Shown here in pieces: positions 7,994 to 17,050 of a stretch of DNA of 64,000 nucleotides. The stretch comes from Clostridia bacterium. Its GTDB lineage: Bacteria; Bacillota; Clostridia; Oscillospirales; Acutalibacteraceae. The notes below the pieces were generated by a model that ran no database searches, was not told where the DNA came from, and worked only from the letters and a program-made list of their open reading frames with translations. The stretch spans positions 600 to 64,599 of the forward strand of contig JAFSXY010000120.1 in assembly GCA_017443805.1 (NCBI GenBank), given 5' to 3'. The translations under genes were made by a program, and so were the position numbers. The first letter of the stretch is position 1, and the number at the start of each line of letters is the position of its first letter.

Positions 7994-8020
7994 AATAAAC
8001 GGTTCTCCTTTTTACTCGGA

Positions 8021-9199
8021 TTAATAGGTGCTGCGCATATCCTCTTCCACTTTTGCGGATACGTTCTTTTTATATTTGGAATTCTTGATTTTTTCCTGCA
8101 GCAGTTCATAATAAAGATCCTCGTCGAGGGGCAGGGTGACCTCTTTATTGAGCCAGGAGGAGAGGAAGGCCGCGTTGGAGATGGTCAGGCCGTTGATGCC
8201 CTCTGCGCCGTCCGCGATCAGCGGCGCGCCGTGCAGAATATGGGCGGCAAAGGCGTTCATCACGCCGATATGCTGGGGATTGGAGCCGTCAACGCTGACC
8301 TTGACCCATTTGCTTTCCAGTCTGCCGAAGCCCTTGTCGCTCGTTTTGATATAGTCTGCCGTGCTGCCGGAAAGCTCACACAGCCAGATCTCATGCTCGC
8401 CGGTACGCTGGTTGTGTTCGCAGATGATTTTTGCTCTGTCCAGCGTGATTTCCAGCCGATTGGTGCCGGGGCAGTCGCCCGTGGAGGTGATAAAGGTACC
8501 GGTCGCGCCGTTGGGATATTCGGCGTAGATGGTCACGTCGTCTTCCACTTCGATATCATGCCACTTGCCCACGCTGCATACCGCGCGGATCTTGGACGGC
8601 ATGCCGCAGATCCACTGCCACAGATCCAGCTGATGGGGGCACTGGTTGAGCATGACGCCGCCGCCTTCGCCCGCCCACGTGGCGCGCCATGCGCCGGAAT
8701 CGTAGTACTGCTGGGTACGGAACCAGTCCGTAATGATCCAGCTCACGCGTTTCATTTCGCCGTAGCCGCCGTTCTGCACCAGCTCGCGTACCTTGCGGAA
8801 AACGCAGTTTGTGCGCTGGTTGAACATGATTGCGTATGTCTTGTCGCTGTGCTTTGCGACCTCGATCAGCTCGTTGACCTGCTTTGTATAGACGCCCGCG
8901 GGCTTTTCGCTCATCACATGGACGCCGTTCTGCAGCGCCTCGATGCCGATCGGCGGATGGAAATAGTGGGGCGTGGCGATGATCACCGCGTCCACGTCGC
9001 CGGATCTGATCAGCGCGGAGGCGTTGTCGTAGCAATGCAGAGCAGGGCATTTTGCCTTTGCCGCCTCCAGACGGGCGGGATCAACGTCTGCAACGGCGGT
9101 AACGTCGATTTCGGGCAGTTGACCCTCCAGGAAGTTGTCAAGATGCGCGCCGCCCATGTTGCCGACGCCGATGATGCCTAATCTGACTTTCTCTGCCAT
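8021..9199 (-). CDS. Gfo/Idh/MocA family oxidoreductase
   Basis: 392-aa ORF with RLGIIGVGNMGGAH and an MSEKP motif, followed by a C-terminal alpha/beta dimerisation-type region. Confidence 0.85.
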   Translation of the reverse strand: MAEKVRLGIIGVGNMGGAHLDNFLEGQLPEIDVTAVADVDPARLEAAKAKCPALHCYDNASALIRSGDVDAVIIATPHYFHPPIGIEALQNGVHVMSEKPAGVYTKQVNELIEVAKHSDKTYAIMFNQRTNCVFRKVRELVQNGGYGEMKRVSWIITDWFRTQQYYDSGAWRATWAGEGGGVMLNQCPHQLDLWQWICGMPSKIRAVCSVGKWHDIEVEDDVTIYAEYPNGATGTFITSTGDCPGTNRLEITLDRAKIICEHNQRTGEHEIWLCELSGSTADYIKTSDKGFGRLESKWVKVSVDGSNPQHIGVMNAFAAHILHGAPLIADGAEGINGLTISNAAFLSSWLNKEVTLPLDEDLYYELLQEKIKNSKYKKNVSAKVEEDMRSTY

Positions 9200-9229
9200 G
9201 ATTTTGTTCTCCTTTATATAACAATAATC

Positions 9230-11089
9230 TTATTCTAAACCGAGTTCTTTGCGTTTGGATTTTGTCACGTCGTCGTTTGGATACGTTGCCATACGTTCGT
9301 AGACCGCGTCCGGGATCTCGGGGTTGCCTTTTGAGTAGCTGGGCAGCAGGGTATTGTCCGGATCCTTGGGATCGGTGCTGCGCGTATCGTTGCGCCAGAT
9401 CTCCCGCTGCGCTTTGTCGCGCAGATCCGGGATAGCCTGCGGTTTGCCGCCGTCCAAAACGGAGTAGTAGGCGAACATGCCGGGCAGGAACATATCCAGC
9501 GCCTCGTAGACGTCCACGATCTCCGCATTTTTATTGCCGCGGATGGCCTCCACCAGATTGTACATGACGTAGTAGTCCGAGCCGCCGTGTCCGGAGATTT
9601 CGGAGGCCTGCGTCAGATCGTCGTCCGTGGAAATGCAGATGATCTCGGATTCGTTGTCGCCCTCGTCTTCATCGCAGTTGGCGTAAAGCATGCGCACGCC
9701 GCCGTCCATCCGGATCTCGCGGGAGCTTTCCATAGTGCCCTTGGAGCCGTAAACGGAATACCATACGGAGTTTTTGGACGGGCCGACGCCGTGCAGGGAT
9801 TTGAGAATGGCGCCGTTTTCCAGCGTGACCATCTCTACGCCGAAGGCGCCCGCCTTGGCGCCCATGCGCAGCATGCGGTCGTTGAAGGGCGCTTCAAAGC
9901 CCGTTACGCTGACCGGCCGCAGGCCTGTGATGTGGATCAGCGGGCCCAGCGAGTGCGTGCAGTAATAAAACGCGCTCATCGTGTTGCGCCAGTGCGTGGG
10001 ATCGCAGCGGGTGTAACGGTGCCAGCCCGGCTCGCAGTTGTGCATGTATTCGCCCTCGCCGTACTCAAATTTCCCGAGCACGCCCTGTCTGTAAAGACTG
10101 CGCATTTTACGCGGCGCCGGCATATAGGCGTAATTTTCGGCATAGGCGTAGATCTTGCCGGTACGCTCCACGGCCTCGATCAGCTCCACAGCTTCGCGCA
10201 TGGTCTGTACCGGCAGAACTTCGCTCAACACGTGCTTGCCCGCCTCCAGGCATTTTATTGCGTAAGGCGCGTGTTCGTTTGCATAGTTCGCGAGTACCAC
10301 GCAGTCCATATCGTGTTTTAGGAATTCGTCAAAATCGGTATAACAGGCCAGATCACAGCCCTGCCCGTAGGTTTCTTTTGCGTGCTGCAGCTTATCTTCG
10401 TACAGGTCGCATACGGCCACAAGCTCCGCGGAGCCGCTGTGCTTGCAGAAGTTCATCATCGTCTGTCCCCTGCCCGCGCCGAAGACGCCGATCCGGACCT
10501 TTTTGGACAGGGATCTGCGGTAAATTGTTTTATAAAAGCTGCCGTCTTCGTAGTACATCGGCACGCTGTCGATGCCGTATTCCTCCAGCACGGCCTGCCA
10601 GCGGTCCTCCATGCCCAGGTTGTACTGTACGGGACGAAAGCCGCCGTTTAAGTAGCTTTTTACGGCGCCCTTGCGCCATTCGTCCGTGGTCAGCGATATA
10701 AACCGCACGCCCTCGGCCTCCAGTTTTTTCTCGGTGACGTAGTTAAAGTATTTTGAAAGACCTTTCCCGCGGAATTCCGTTTTCAGACCGACCATGTGCA
10801 GATCGCCGATCATGGAATCCTTTTTGGTGAAAGCGGTAAACGTACCGATGTGTTCGCCGTTATAATCAAGGAAGAACACGTCCTTATAAGGATCGATATC
10901 CTCGTCGTCGCCGATCCGGTCGTCAAAAGCGGCGGCGTCCGCGTCGTCGTCCACCAGACCGTTTTTACAGCATGCCACCCATGCGAGTTTGTCTTCCTCG
11001 CATTTGTAATTGGTGATGGTGTAGCCCTCCGGCAGCGGCTCATCGGGGATGGGGGTGCCGGGAAACCAGTACATTTTCAGTTGTGCCAT
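9230..11089 (-). CDS. Fusion protein: N-terminal GNAT acetyltransferase domain plus C-terminal Gfo/Idh/MocA oxidoreductase
   Basis: 619-aa ORF. Residues ~1-170 carry a GNAT motif A-like segment (LKTEFRGKGLSKYFNYVTE). From ~195 there is RIGVFGAGRGQTM and a HVLSEVLP (EKP-like) motif. GGAGA RBS is present. The ORF overlaps the upstream gene stop by 13 nt. Confidence 0.75.
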   Translation of the reverse strand: MAQLKMYWFPGTPIPDEPLPEGYTITNYKCEEDKLAWVACCKNGLVDDDADAAAFDDRIGDDEDIDPYKDVFFLDYNGEHIGTFTAFTKKDSMIGDLHMVGLKTEFRGKGLSKYFNYVTEKKLEAEGVRFISLTTDEWRKGAVKSYLNGGFRPVQYNLGMEDRWQAVLEEYGIDSVPMYYEDGSFYKTIYRRSLSKKVRIGVFGAGRGQTMMNFCKHSGSAELVAVCDLYEDKLQHAKETYGQGCDLACYTDFDEFLKHDMDCVVLANYANEHAPYAIKCLEAGKHVLSEVLPVQTMREAVELIEAVERTGKIYAYAENYAYMPAPRKMRSLYRQGVLGKFEYGEGEYMHNCEPGWHRYTRCDPTHWRNTMSAFYYCTHSLGPLIHITGLRPVSVTGFEAPFNDRMLRMGAKAGAFGVEMVTLENGAILKSLHGVGPSKNSVWYSVYGSKGTMESSREIRMDGGVRMLYANCDEDEGDNESEIICISTDDDLTQASEISGHGGSDYYVMYNLVEAIRGNKNAEIVDVYEALDMFLPGMFAYYSVLDGGKPQAIPDLRDKAQREIWRNDTRSTDPKDPDNTLLPSYSKGNPEIPDAVYERMATYPNDDVTKSKRKELGLE

Positions 11090-11868
11090 TCTTTTTTCTC
11101 CAATTCTTTCATATAAGTCCAGGATTCTTCCGTCGACTTAAACGGATCGCCGTCCGTCCAGTCGCAGTCCTGTTCATAGACGATATAAGGGATCTCCAGC
11201 GCGCAGACGGCGCGGTAGCACGCGGCAAGATCCACGCGCCCTTTGCCGAGGGATACGAATTTACGTTCCCCTTTTTCGTTCAGGATATAATCCTTAAAAT
11301 GGATGACCTTCACTCTGCCGCGCAGACGGTTCAGCATCTCTACGGGATCGTATCCCGCAACGTGGACCCAGGCAAGATCCGGGATGAACCATACTTTATC
11401 GGGGTCCGTTTCCCCGATCAGCAGGTCCATCAGATTTTTATCGCTGCCCGGAAATTTCTGAAATTCAAAGTCGTGATTGTGGTAATGAAATTTCATGCCG
11501 TGCATAGCAAAGGCGTCCGCAACGGCGGATACGGCGGAAATAAAGGCGCGCGCGCCTTCTTCCGTGCCGCGATATGCCGAGGGACAGCTGCCGAGGCCCG
11601 GCGCGTCGCAGCCGATGATCTCATGCTCGCGGATCAGCTCCCCGGTTTCATTTTGCATCCGTTCAAACGGCTTGTGTGTGACGCACACGCGCATGCCGTG
11701 TTTGAGCAGAATGTCCCGCTGCGTTTCGGCGGGGATATCGCCGATGGCGGAGATCTGTACGTCGTGTACGCCGAGCTTTGACAGCCGCAGGAGCGTGAAA
11801 TCAAAATCTTCGGCGGTCCGGATGTGGTCCCGCAGCGTATAAAGCTGTATGCCCAGGATCGGTTTCAT
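11077..11868 (-). CDS. Sugar phosphate isomerase/epimerase (xylose isomerase-like TIM barrel)
   Basis: 263-aa ORF with family-typical patterns (GIQLYTLRD, YHNHDFEF, IHFKDY, VYEQD). Confidence 0.8.
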   Translation of the reverse strand: MKPILGIQLYTLRDHIRTAEDFDFTLLRLSKLGVHDVQISAIGDIPAETQRDILLKHGMRVCVTHKPFERMQNETGELIREHEIIGCDAPGLGSCPSAYRGTEEGARAFISAVSAVADAFAMHGMKFHYHNHDFEFQKFPGSDKNLMDLLIGETDPDKVWFIPDLAWVHVAGYDPVEMLNRLRGRVKVIHFKDYILNEKGERKFVSLGKGRVDLAACYRAVCALEIPYIVYEQDCDWTDGDPFKSTEESWTYMKELEKKEWHN

Positions 11869-11899
11869 GTGGAAAAACGCCTCCTTTTATTTGAATAAA

Positions 11900-14800
11900 T
11901 CATATGATCCGGAATGTTTTGACCTCAAAAGGCTTGATGGAAAAACAAAGCCGGTCGCCTGCAACGGGCAGTTCCTTTTCGTTTTCTTCCATTAAATTGC
12001 ATTCGTAACAGGCTTTTGGCGCAAAGGGAAGCATGAGCGTTACTTCGGTATGCTTCTGCTCCGCCTCGTAAACACGGAGGATCACACCTTCGCCGTCTTG
12101 CGCCTGTTTCACCGCATCGAGCACAATATCCGGCCTGTCGACCGACAAATAGGAATGTCCGGGCGCCGTACCGGTCCCGGCGGAAGTATAAACGGCGGTC
12201 AGGGGTTCGTTGAGCTTCTGTGCTTCCAAAACGACCTGTGCGTCGTTCCACTTTCCCGCATGCGGATAGAGAGAATAAATAAAATCCTGTTCGCCGATAT
12301 CACCTTTCGGATCCGGGCAGACCGGGCCGCGCATCAGGGTGATGCGCAACAGGCCGTCGGTTACGTCGTGGCCGTATTTGCAGTTGTTCAGCAGCGCTAC
12401 GCCGTAATCGCCCTCGGAGAGATCCACCCATTTGTGCGCGCAGCATTCAAACATCGCCTGTTCAAAGCTGTTATTGGCAAAGGTGGGCCGTTCCGTGGCG
12501 CCGTGGGCGATCTCAAAGGCGGAGTACCGCGCGCGGATGTTGACGGGAAATTCGGCCTTCAGCACTTTTTCGCGTTCCTGCCAGTTTGTGTGGGTGACGA
12601 AATCCAGCCGTTTTGCGCCGGCATACAGGGTGATATCCTGCGTGATGACGGAACGGTTATAGGTATGCACCACATGCAGCACGCCCTTTACGGGGGAGCT
12701 TTCCAGCACTTCCACGCTGCTTGCCTTTGTCAGATAGTCCATGTGCAGCTTATAGTCGCTTTCCAGGTTCCACGCGCTTTCATGGATGGGTTTGTCGTGG
12801 GAGATGCTCAAAAGGTTGCCGGGGGAGGAGAGGATCTCCCGGCCGTTTTCCTTGTCAAAGCAGGAGAGTATGTTGCCCTGCGGGTCGAACCTGACGCGCA
12901 GATACGCGTTTTCAAGCAGGTCCCGTTCCGCCGTGACAGAGGTTTCCTTTGAAGCGGCTGCCGTAAGCTGGAAGGTTTTGCAGCCGACTGCAGGCACGTT
13001 TTCCGCCAGAAATTCCATTTCACAGCCGTCGGCACCCTCATACACGGCGCAGGGCAGCGCCTGTCCGCCTGCAGTCGTAATGCCGGAAAAACCGGCCGGT
13101 ATTTTTACTTTCACGCTGCCGGAAACAGCGCGCGGAAGAAGGTTCCATACGGTTATGCCGTTCTTTGCGGCATAGGCGCCGCTTAAATCGGCGAGCAGTC
13201 CGGCTTTTAAGGCGTTGCCGTCCGCGCGGAAACGGGCGTATTCTTCTTTTGTATTTTCAAATACCTCGTGAATGGATGTGCCCGGCAGGATATCGTGGAA
13301 CTGGTTCGTCAGCAAAATCTGCCAGAGGCGTTCCAGTCTTTCCTTATCATACGCGCCGGCCAGCACGCCGAGCAGCTCGCAGTCGCGCAGCAGGTATTCG
13401 CCCCTGCGGTTGTTTTCTTTTACAAACGCCTGACTGGTAAAGGTGCCGCGGTGGTTTTCGTAATACATTTCACCGTCCCATACGGGCAGCGTATCGGCGG
13501 CCTTTTCCACCTCGGCAAAAAACTCTTTTGCGGTGCCCATGGTCACCTGCGGGATGCCGGGCATTTTTTGGAACCGGTGCAGCTTTTCCACCATCCGGTA
13601 GGTGCATCCGCCGCCGCCGTCGCCGTAGCCGAAGTTCCCCATATAAGCGTCCACCAGATCGTTTTGCCGGTTTTTGGCCCGGAGGCTGAAAATGTAGTCC
13701 GCGTCCGCGGCGCTGTTATAGCCTGCGTTCTGCATATAGGCGAGCACTTCGTCGCCGGAATGTGAACGCCACTTGAAAACGTTCATCGGAAAAACATTGG
13801 TGTCGTTGTTGCTGAGCTTGGAGGTGTAGAAATATTTCATGCCGGAGCGGCGGATAATCTGCGGCAGCGCGGCAGTAAAGCCGAAGCAGTCCGGCAGCCA
13901 GTAAATATCCGAGGAAACGCCGAACTCTTTCATAAAAAATTCCCGGCCGTAAAGCAGCTGGCGGACAAGGCTTTCGCCGCTTGCGATGTTAGTGTCCGCT
14001 TCCACCCACGTGTTGCCGACGATCTCCCAGCGGCCGTTTTTTACGGCCTCCTTGATACGGGGATACAGCTCGGGATAATATTCCTTTATAAACCAGTAAA
14101 CGGCGGCCTGGCTCTGCGTGAACTTAAAATCGGGATAGTTGTCCATCAGCGCCAGCGTGTTCGCGAAGGTCCGCGCGGTTTTCCGCGTCAGTTCGTTTGT
14201 CGTCCACAGCCACGCGATATCCAGGTGCGAATGTCCGGTCATAATGATGCGGCCGGGGCTTGCGTAGGGGATCTTGTCAAGTCTGTCGCGCAGCAGCGCG
14301 GCCGCGGCAGGTACGTCTGCGTAAAAACGGGCTTTGCCTGCGTCGTAATCCGGTATGTGGGCGGCGTCGTCAATGGCGTTGAAAAGCCGCTTTGCCACGT
14401 AGGGATCTTCCGTATTTTCCATGACCGCCCACGCGCAGGTGATATCAAAATAAAAGCTTTCGGTCGCTTCGTTGATGAGCTGCAGTTCCGCTTTTTTCAG
14501 CTCGTACTGCATATATGTCCCGCCGGCCATCGCGCGGTCACAGAAACCGCCGCAGTCAACGGCCGCCTCCAGCTGGATATGCAGCGTTTCGCCTGCGGCG
14601 AGCGGCGAGGAAAACAGGATCTCGTCTCTGCCGACCCAGCCGGAATTGGCGCGGGAACTGACTGCCCCGACAATTTTTCCGTTGATGCGCACGATCGCCT
14701 CGCCGCCGAAATCAAAGGAAAGATAGCATTTGCGGCCGGCAAAATGCGGCGGCACGGTCAGGTTCGTTTCAAAAAAGCGCGTGTCGTCATAGCCGACGCG

Positions 14801-14980
14801 CCAGACGTCGCCCAGTTGCATTTTTACGGCGGGCTTGCCGTCCGGCTCGATCACGCCCGGGCGCGGGTGGACGCCCGTAAAGCTGGTCCAGTCGTTGAGG
14901 ACGATTTTGTCCTCAACGATCAGCGGATGGATGTACTTGTGGATGAGGTTGTCAAGGACGCGTTTGTTTAAGGTATGCAC
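11900..14980 (-). CDS. Glycoside hydrolase family 38 alpha-mannosidase (cytoplasmic type)
   Basis: GH38 signature GHSHLDIAWLW...FTQSQA...GRWEIVGNTWVEADTNI..GESL.RQ, with no signal peptide. I moved the start to the GTG at 14978-14980, about 10 nt downstream of AAGGAGG. The track ORF extends to 15091 and would overlap the kinase gene. Confidence 0.85.
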   Translation of the reverse strand: MHTLNKRVLDNLIHKYIHPLIVEDKIVLNDWTSFTGVHPRPGVIEPDGKPAVKMQLGDVWRVGYDDTRFFETNLTVPPHFAGRKCYLSFDFGGEAIVRINGKIVGAVSSRANSGWVGRDEILFSSPLAAGETLHIQLEAAVDCGGFCDRAMAGGTYMQYELKKAELQLINEATESFYFDITCAWAVMENTEDPYVAKRLFNAIDDAAHIPDYDAGKARFYADVPAAAALLRDRLDKIPYASPGRIIMTGHSHLDIAWLWTTNELTRKTARTFANTLALMDNYPDFKFTQSQAAVYWFIKEYYPELYPRIKEAVKNGRWEIVGNTWVEADTNIASGESLVRQLLYGREFFMKEFGVSSDIYWLPDCFGFTAALPQIIRRSGMKYFYTSKLSNNDTNVFPMNVFKWRSHSGDEVLAYMQNAGYNSAADADYIFSLRAKNRQNDLVDAYMGNFGYGDGGGGCTYRMVEKLHRFQKMPGIPQVTMGTAKEFFAEVEKAADTLPVWDGEMYYENHRGTFTSQAFVKENNRRGEYLLRDCELLGVLAGAYDKERLERLWQILLTNQFHDILPGTSIHEVFENTKEEYARFRADGNALKAGLLADLSGAYAAKNGITVWNLLPRAVSGSVKVKIPAGFSGITTAGGQALPCAVYEGADGCEMEFLAENVPAVGCKTFQLTAAASKETSVTAERDLLENAYLRVRFDPQGNILSCFDKENGREILSSPGNLLSISHDKPIHESAWNLESDYKLHMDYLTKASSVEVLESSPVKGVLHVVHTYNRSVITQDITLYAGAKRLDFVTHTNWQEREKVLKAEFPVNIRARYSAFEIAHGATERPTFANNSFEQAMFECCAHKWVDLSEGDYGVALLNNCKYGHDVTDGLLRITLMRGPVCPDPKGDIGEQDFIYSLYPHAGKWNDAQVVLEAQKLNEPLTAVYTSAGTGTAPGHSYLSVDRPDIVLDAVKQAQDGEGVILRVYEAEQKHTEVTLMLPFAPKACYECNLMEENEKELPVAGDRLCFSIKPFEVKTFRII

Positions 14981-15008
14981 GGGCTTTTTCCCCTCCTTGC
15001 GGTATGCT

Positions 15009-16340
15009 TCAGAATAAGCAGGTAAAACGAATGCTTTTCCCGTCGTCGCTGAAAGCGGTGATTTTGCCTTTGTGCGCGGCGACGATGGCATGTGCGACGC
15101 TCAGCCCGATCCCGTGACCGCCGGTTCTGGACGCGCGCGACGTGTCCGCGCGGTAAAAGCGTTCAAAGAGAACGTCGTTGTTTCCTTTTTTTATCTCGTC
15201 GACGGTGTTAAATACGGTCAGTTCGTTCTTCTTGCCGTTTTCATGCAGCGTGACGCGTACGGTCCCGCCTTCGTTTGAATATTTCATGGCGTTATCGATC
15301 AGCAGCGAGCACAGCTGCCTGACGGCGCTTTCTTCTCCGTGCATATGCAGTCCCGGAGCAACTTCTTTTTCGTAATTCCGGTTTCGGCTGACGGCGACCG
15401 CGTCAAAGGACGAAGCGATCTCTGCAACGGCGTTTGACAGGTTGAAATCGGTCGTGACGGGCTTATAGGATTCCTCGTCCATTCTTGAAAGCATGACCAG
15501 CTTTTCGGTCAGGCTGTTCAGCCGCTTGACCTGGTTTTTGATGCTGTTTGTCCATTCGTTCTCGCCGTCGGTGAGCTCCAGGACCTCCGTGTCGGCCTGA
15601 ATGACCGCCAGCGGCGTTTTCAGCTCGTGGCTGGCGTCCGTAATAAAGCGCTTTTGTTTTTCATGGCTTTCGGCCATGGGGCGGATCGCCGTTTTGGAAA
15701 GCGGAAGCACCAGAAGAAAGATCAGGATCAGTCCGATAAGGCTGACAAGTACCGATGCATATAAAAAGGAATAAAAAGTGTCAAGCTCCCGCGTGCAGTC
15801 CAAAAAGAGGTAAGTCGTTGCATTGTCTGCTGCGGTCGCCAGATAGCGGTAATTGCCCGTAAAGCCCTTGGTCCTGCCTGCGGCGCGCACCTGCTGCGCC
15901 AGCGAAACGGCCTGCGTCTCGTCCACGGCGGCAATGCTGCCGAGATCCGTTTTTGTGACCGTGCCGTCTGCGGAAAGCGTTACGGTGAAAAAGCGGCTTT
16001 CAAAAGCGGCCTCTTCGCCGAGCTCGTTCCCGCCGGGCAGGCGGAATCCCTGTTTTTCCCGGAAGCTTTCCGGCAGGTTGTTCTCCGGCTGCGTATTACC
16101 CGTGGCGGTCTGATTATCGTCGGGCGGCGCGGGAGGTTCTCCGGTGTCGTCCGTTTGACGGTCGTTTCTGAGCAGCGGCAGACGGTCGCCGTTTTCCGTG
16201 ATGAAGGCGATCCGGTCTTCCGCGCGGCTGACAACGTTCAAAAAGTTTACGGTGTTGATGATTCCCATGATCAGCGTCAGTACCGCAAAAACTGCCAGCA
16301 TGGAAACGCCGACAAATTTTCTTCGCAGTTTTTTTACCAT
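15009..16340 (-). CDS. Sensor histidine kinase (two TM helices, extracytoplasmic sensor domain)
   Basis: 443-aa ORF with an H-box SHELKTPLAVIQ, an N-box NAMKYS and a G-box GGHGIGLS. Confidence 0.85.
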   Translation of the reverse strand: MVKKLRRKFVGVSMLAVFAVLTLIMGIINTVNFLNVVSRAEDRIAFITENGDRLPLLRNDRQTDDTGEPPAPPDDNQTATGNTQPENNLPESFREKQGFRLPGGNELGEEAAFESRFFTVTLSADGTVTKTDLGSIAAVDETQAVSLAQQVRAAGRTKGFTGNYRYLATAADNATTYLFLDCTRELDTFYSFLYASVLVSLIGLILIFLLVLPLSKTAIRPMAESHEKQKRFITDASHELKTPLAVIQADTEVLELTDGENEWTNSIKNQVKRLNSLTEKLVMLSRMDEESYKPVTTDFNLSNAVAEIASSFDAVAVSRNRNYEKEVAPGLHMHGEESAVRQLCSLLIDNAMKYSNEGGTVRVTLHENGKKNELTVFNTVDEIKKGNNDVLFERFYRADTSRASRTGGHGIGLSVAHAIVAAHKGKITAFSDDGKSIRFTCLF

Positions 16341-16359
16341 GTAAACCAGCCTCCCGCCG

Positions 16360-17034
16360 TCAGTCTGTCAGTTCAACGGCATACCCCATGTTCCGCACGG
16401 CGGTGATCTTGACGTTGGCGCCGATGTTCGCAAGTTTTTTGCGGATATAGGAGATGTTCACCCACACGACGTTGAGCTCCGTTTCACTGTCCCAGCCCCA
16501 GATCTTATCCATAAACGTTTCTGTAGAGATCACCTGACCGGGCCTGGATAAAAGCATCTCCAGCATCTGAAATTCCTTGTTTGCCAGACGGATCCCTTTG
16601 TCGCCGCAGCGCACTTCAAAGCGCAGACGGTCCAATGTGACGTTGCCGAAGGAAAGCGTGTTGTCGGTCGTCTCGTGTTTATGCCGCGTCATCACCCGGA
16701 TGCGCGCCAACAGCTCCTTCATGGCAAAGGGCTTTGTCAGATAATCGTCCGCGCCTGCGTCCAGACCGGTCACGCGATCGTCGATCTCGCTTTTTGCCGT
16801 GAGTAGGAGAATGGGGATGTTGATGCCCTCCGCACGCGCGGTGCGCAAAACCTCAAGGCCGTTCTTTTTCGGCATCATGATGTCAAGAACGGCGGCGTCG
16901 TAAACGCCCGTGCGAAGGTATTCCGTCGCGTCCTCTCCGTTATAAACGGCGTCTACGGTATAATTGGAATGTTTTAATATGGCGCATAAGGCGTCGGATA
17001 ATTCTTTCTCGTCTTCCGCAAGCAGCAGTCGCAT
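16360..17034 (-). CDS. OmpR/PhoB-family response regulator
   Basis: 224-aa ORF with a receiver domain (MRLLLAEDE...VLDIMMP...LLTAK) and a winged-helix C-terminus (VWVNISYIRKKL...VRNMGY). Confidence 0.9.
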   Translation of the reverse strand: MRLLLAEDEKELSDALCAILKHSNYTVDAVYNGEDATEYLRTGVYDAAVLDIMMPKKNGLEVLRTARAEGINIPILLLTAKSEIDDRVTGLDAGADDYLTKPFAMKELLARIRVMTRHKHETTDNTLSFGNVTLDRLRFEVRCGDKGIRLANKEFQMLEMLLSRPGQVISTETFMDKIWGWDSETELNVVWVNISYIRKKLANIGANVKITAVRNMGYAVELTD

Positions 17035-17050
17035 GGATCGTTCTCCTTTT

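Noticed and set aside
14981-15091. N-terminal 37-aa extension of the GH38 ORF
   Set aside because: It overlaps the histidine kinase 3' end, has no RBS and no homology. The GTG at 14980 has an AAGGAGG at proper spacing.
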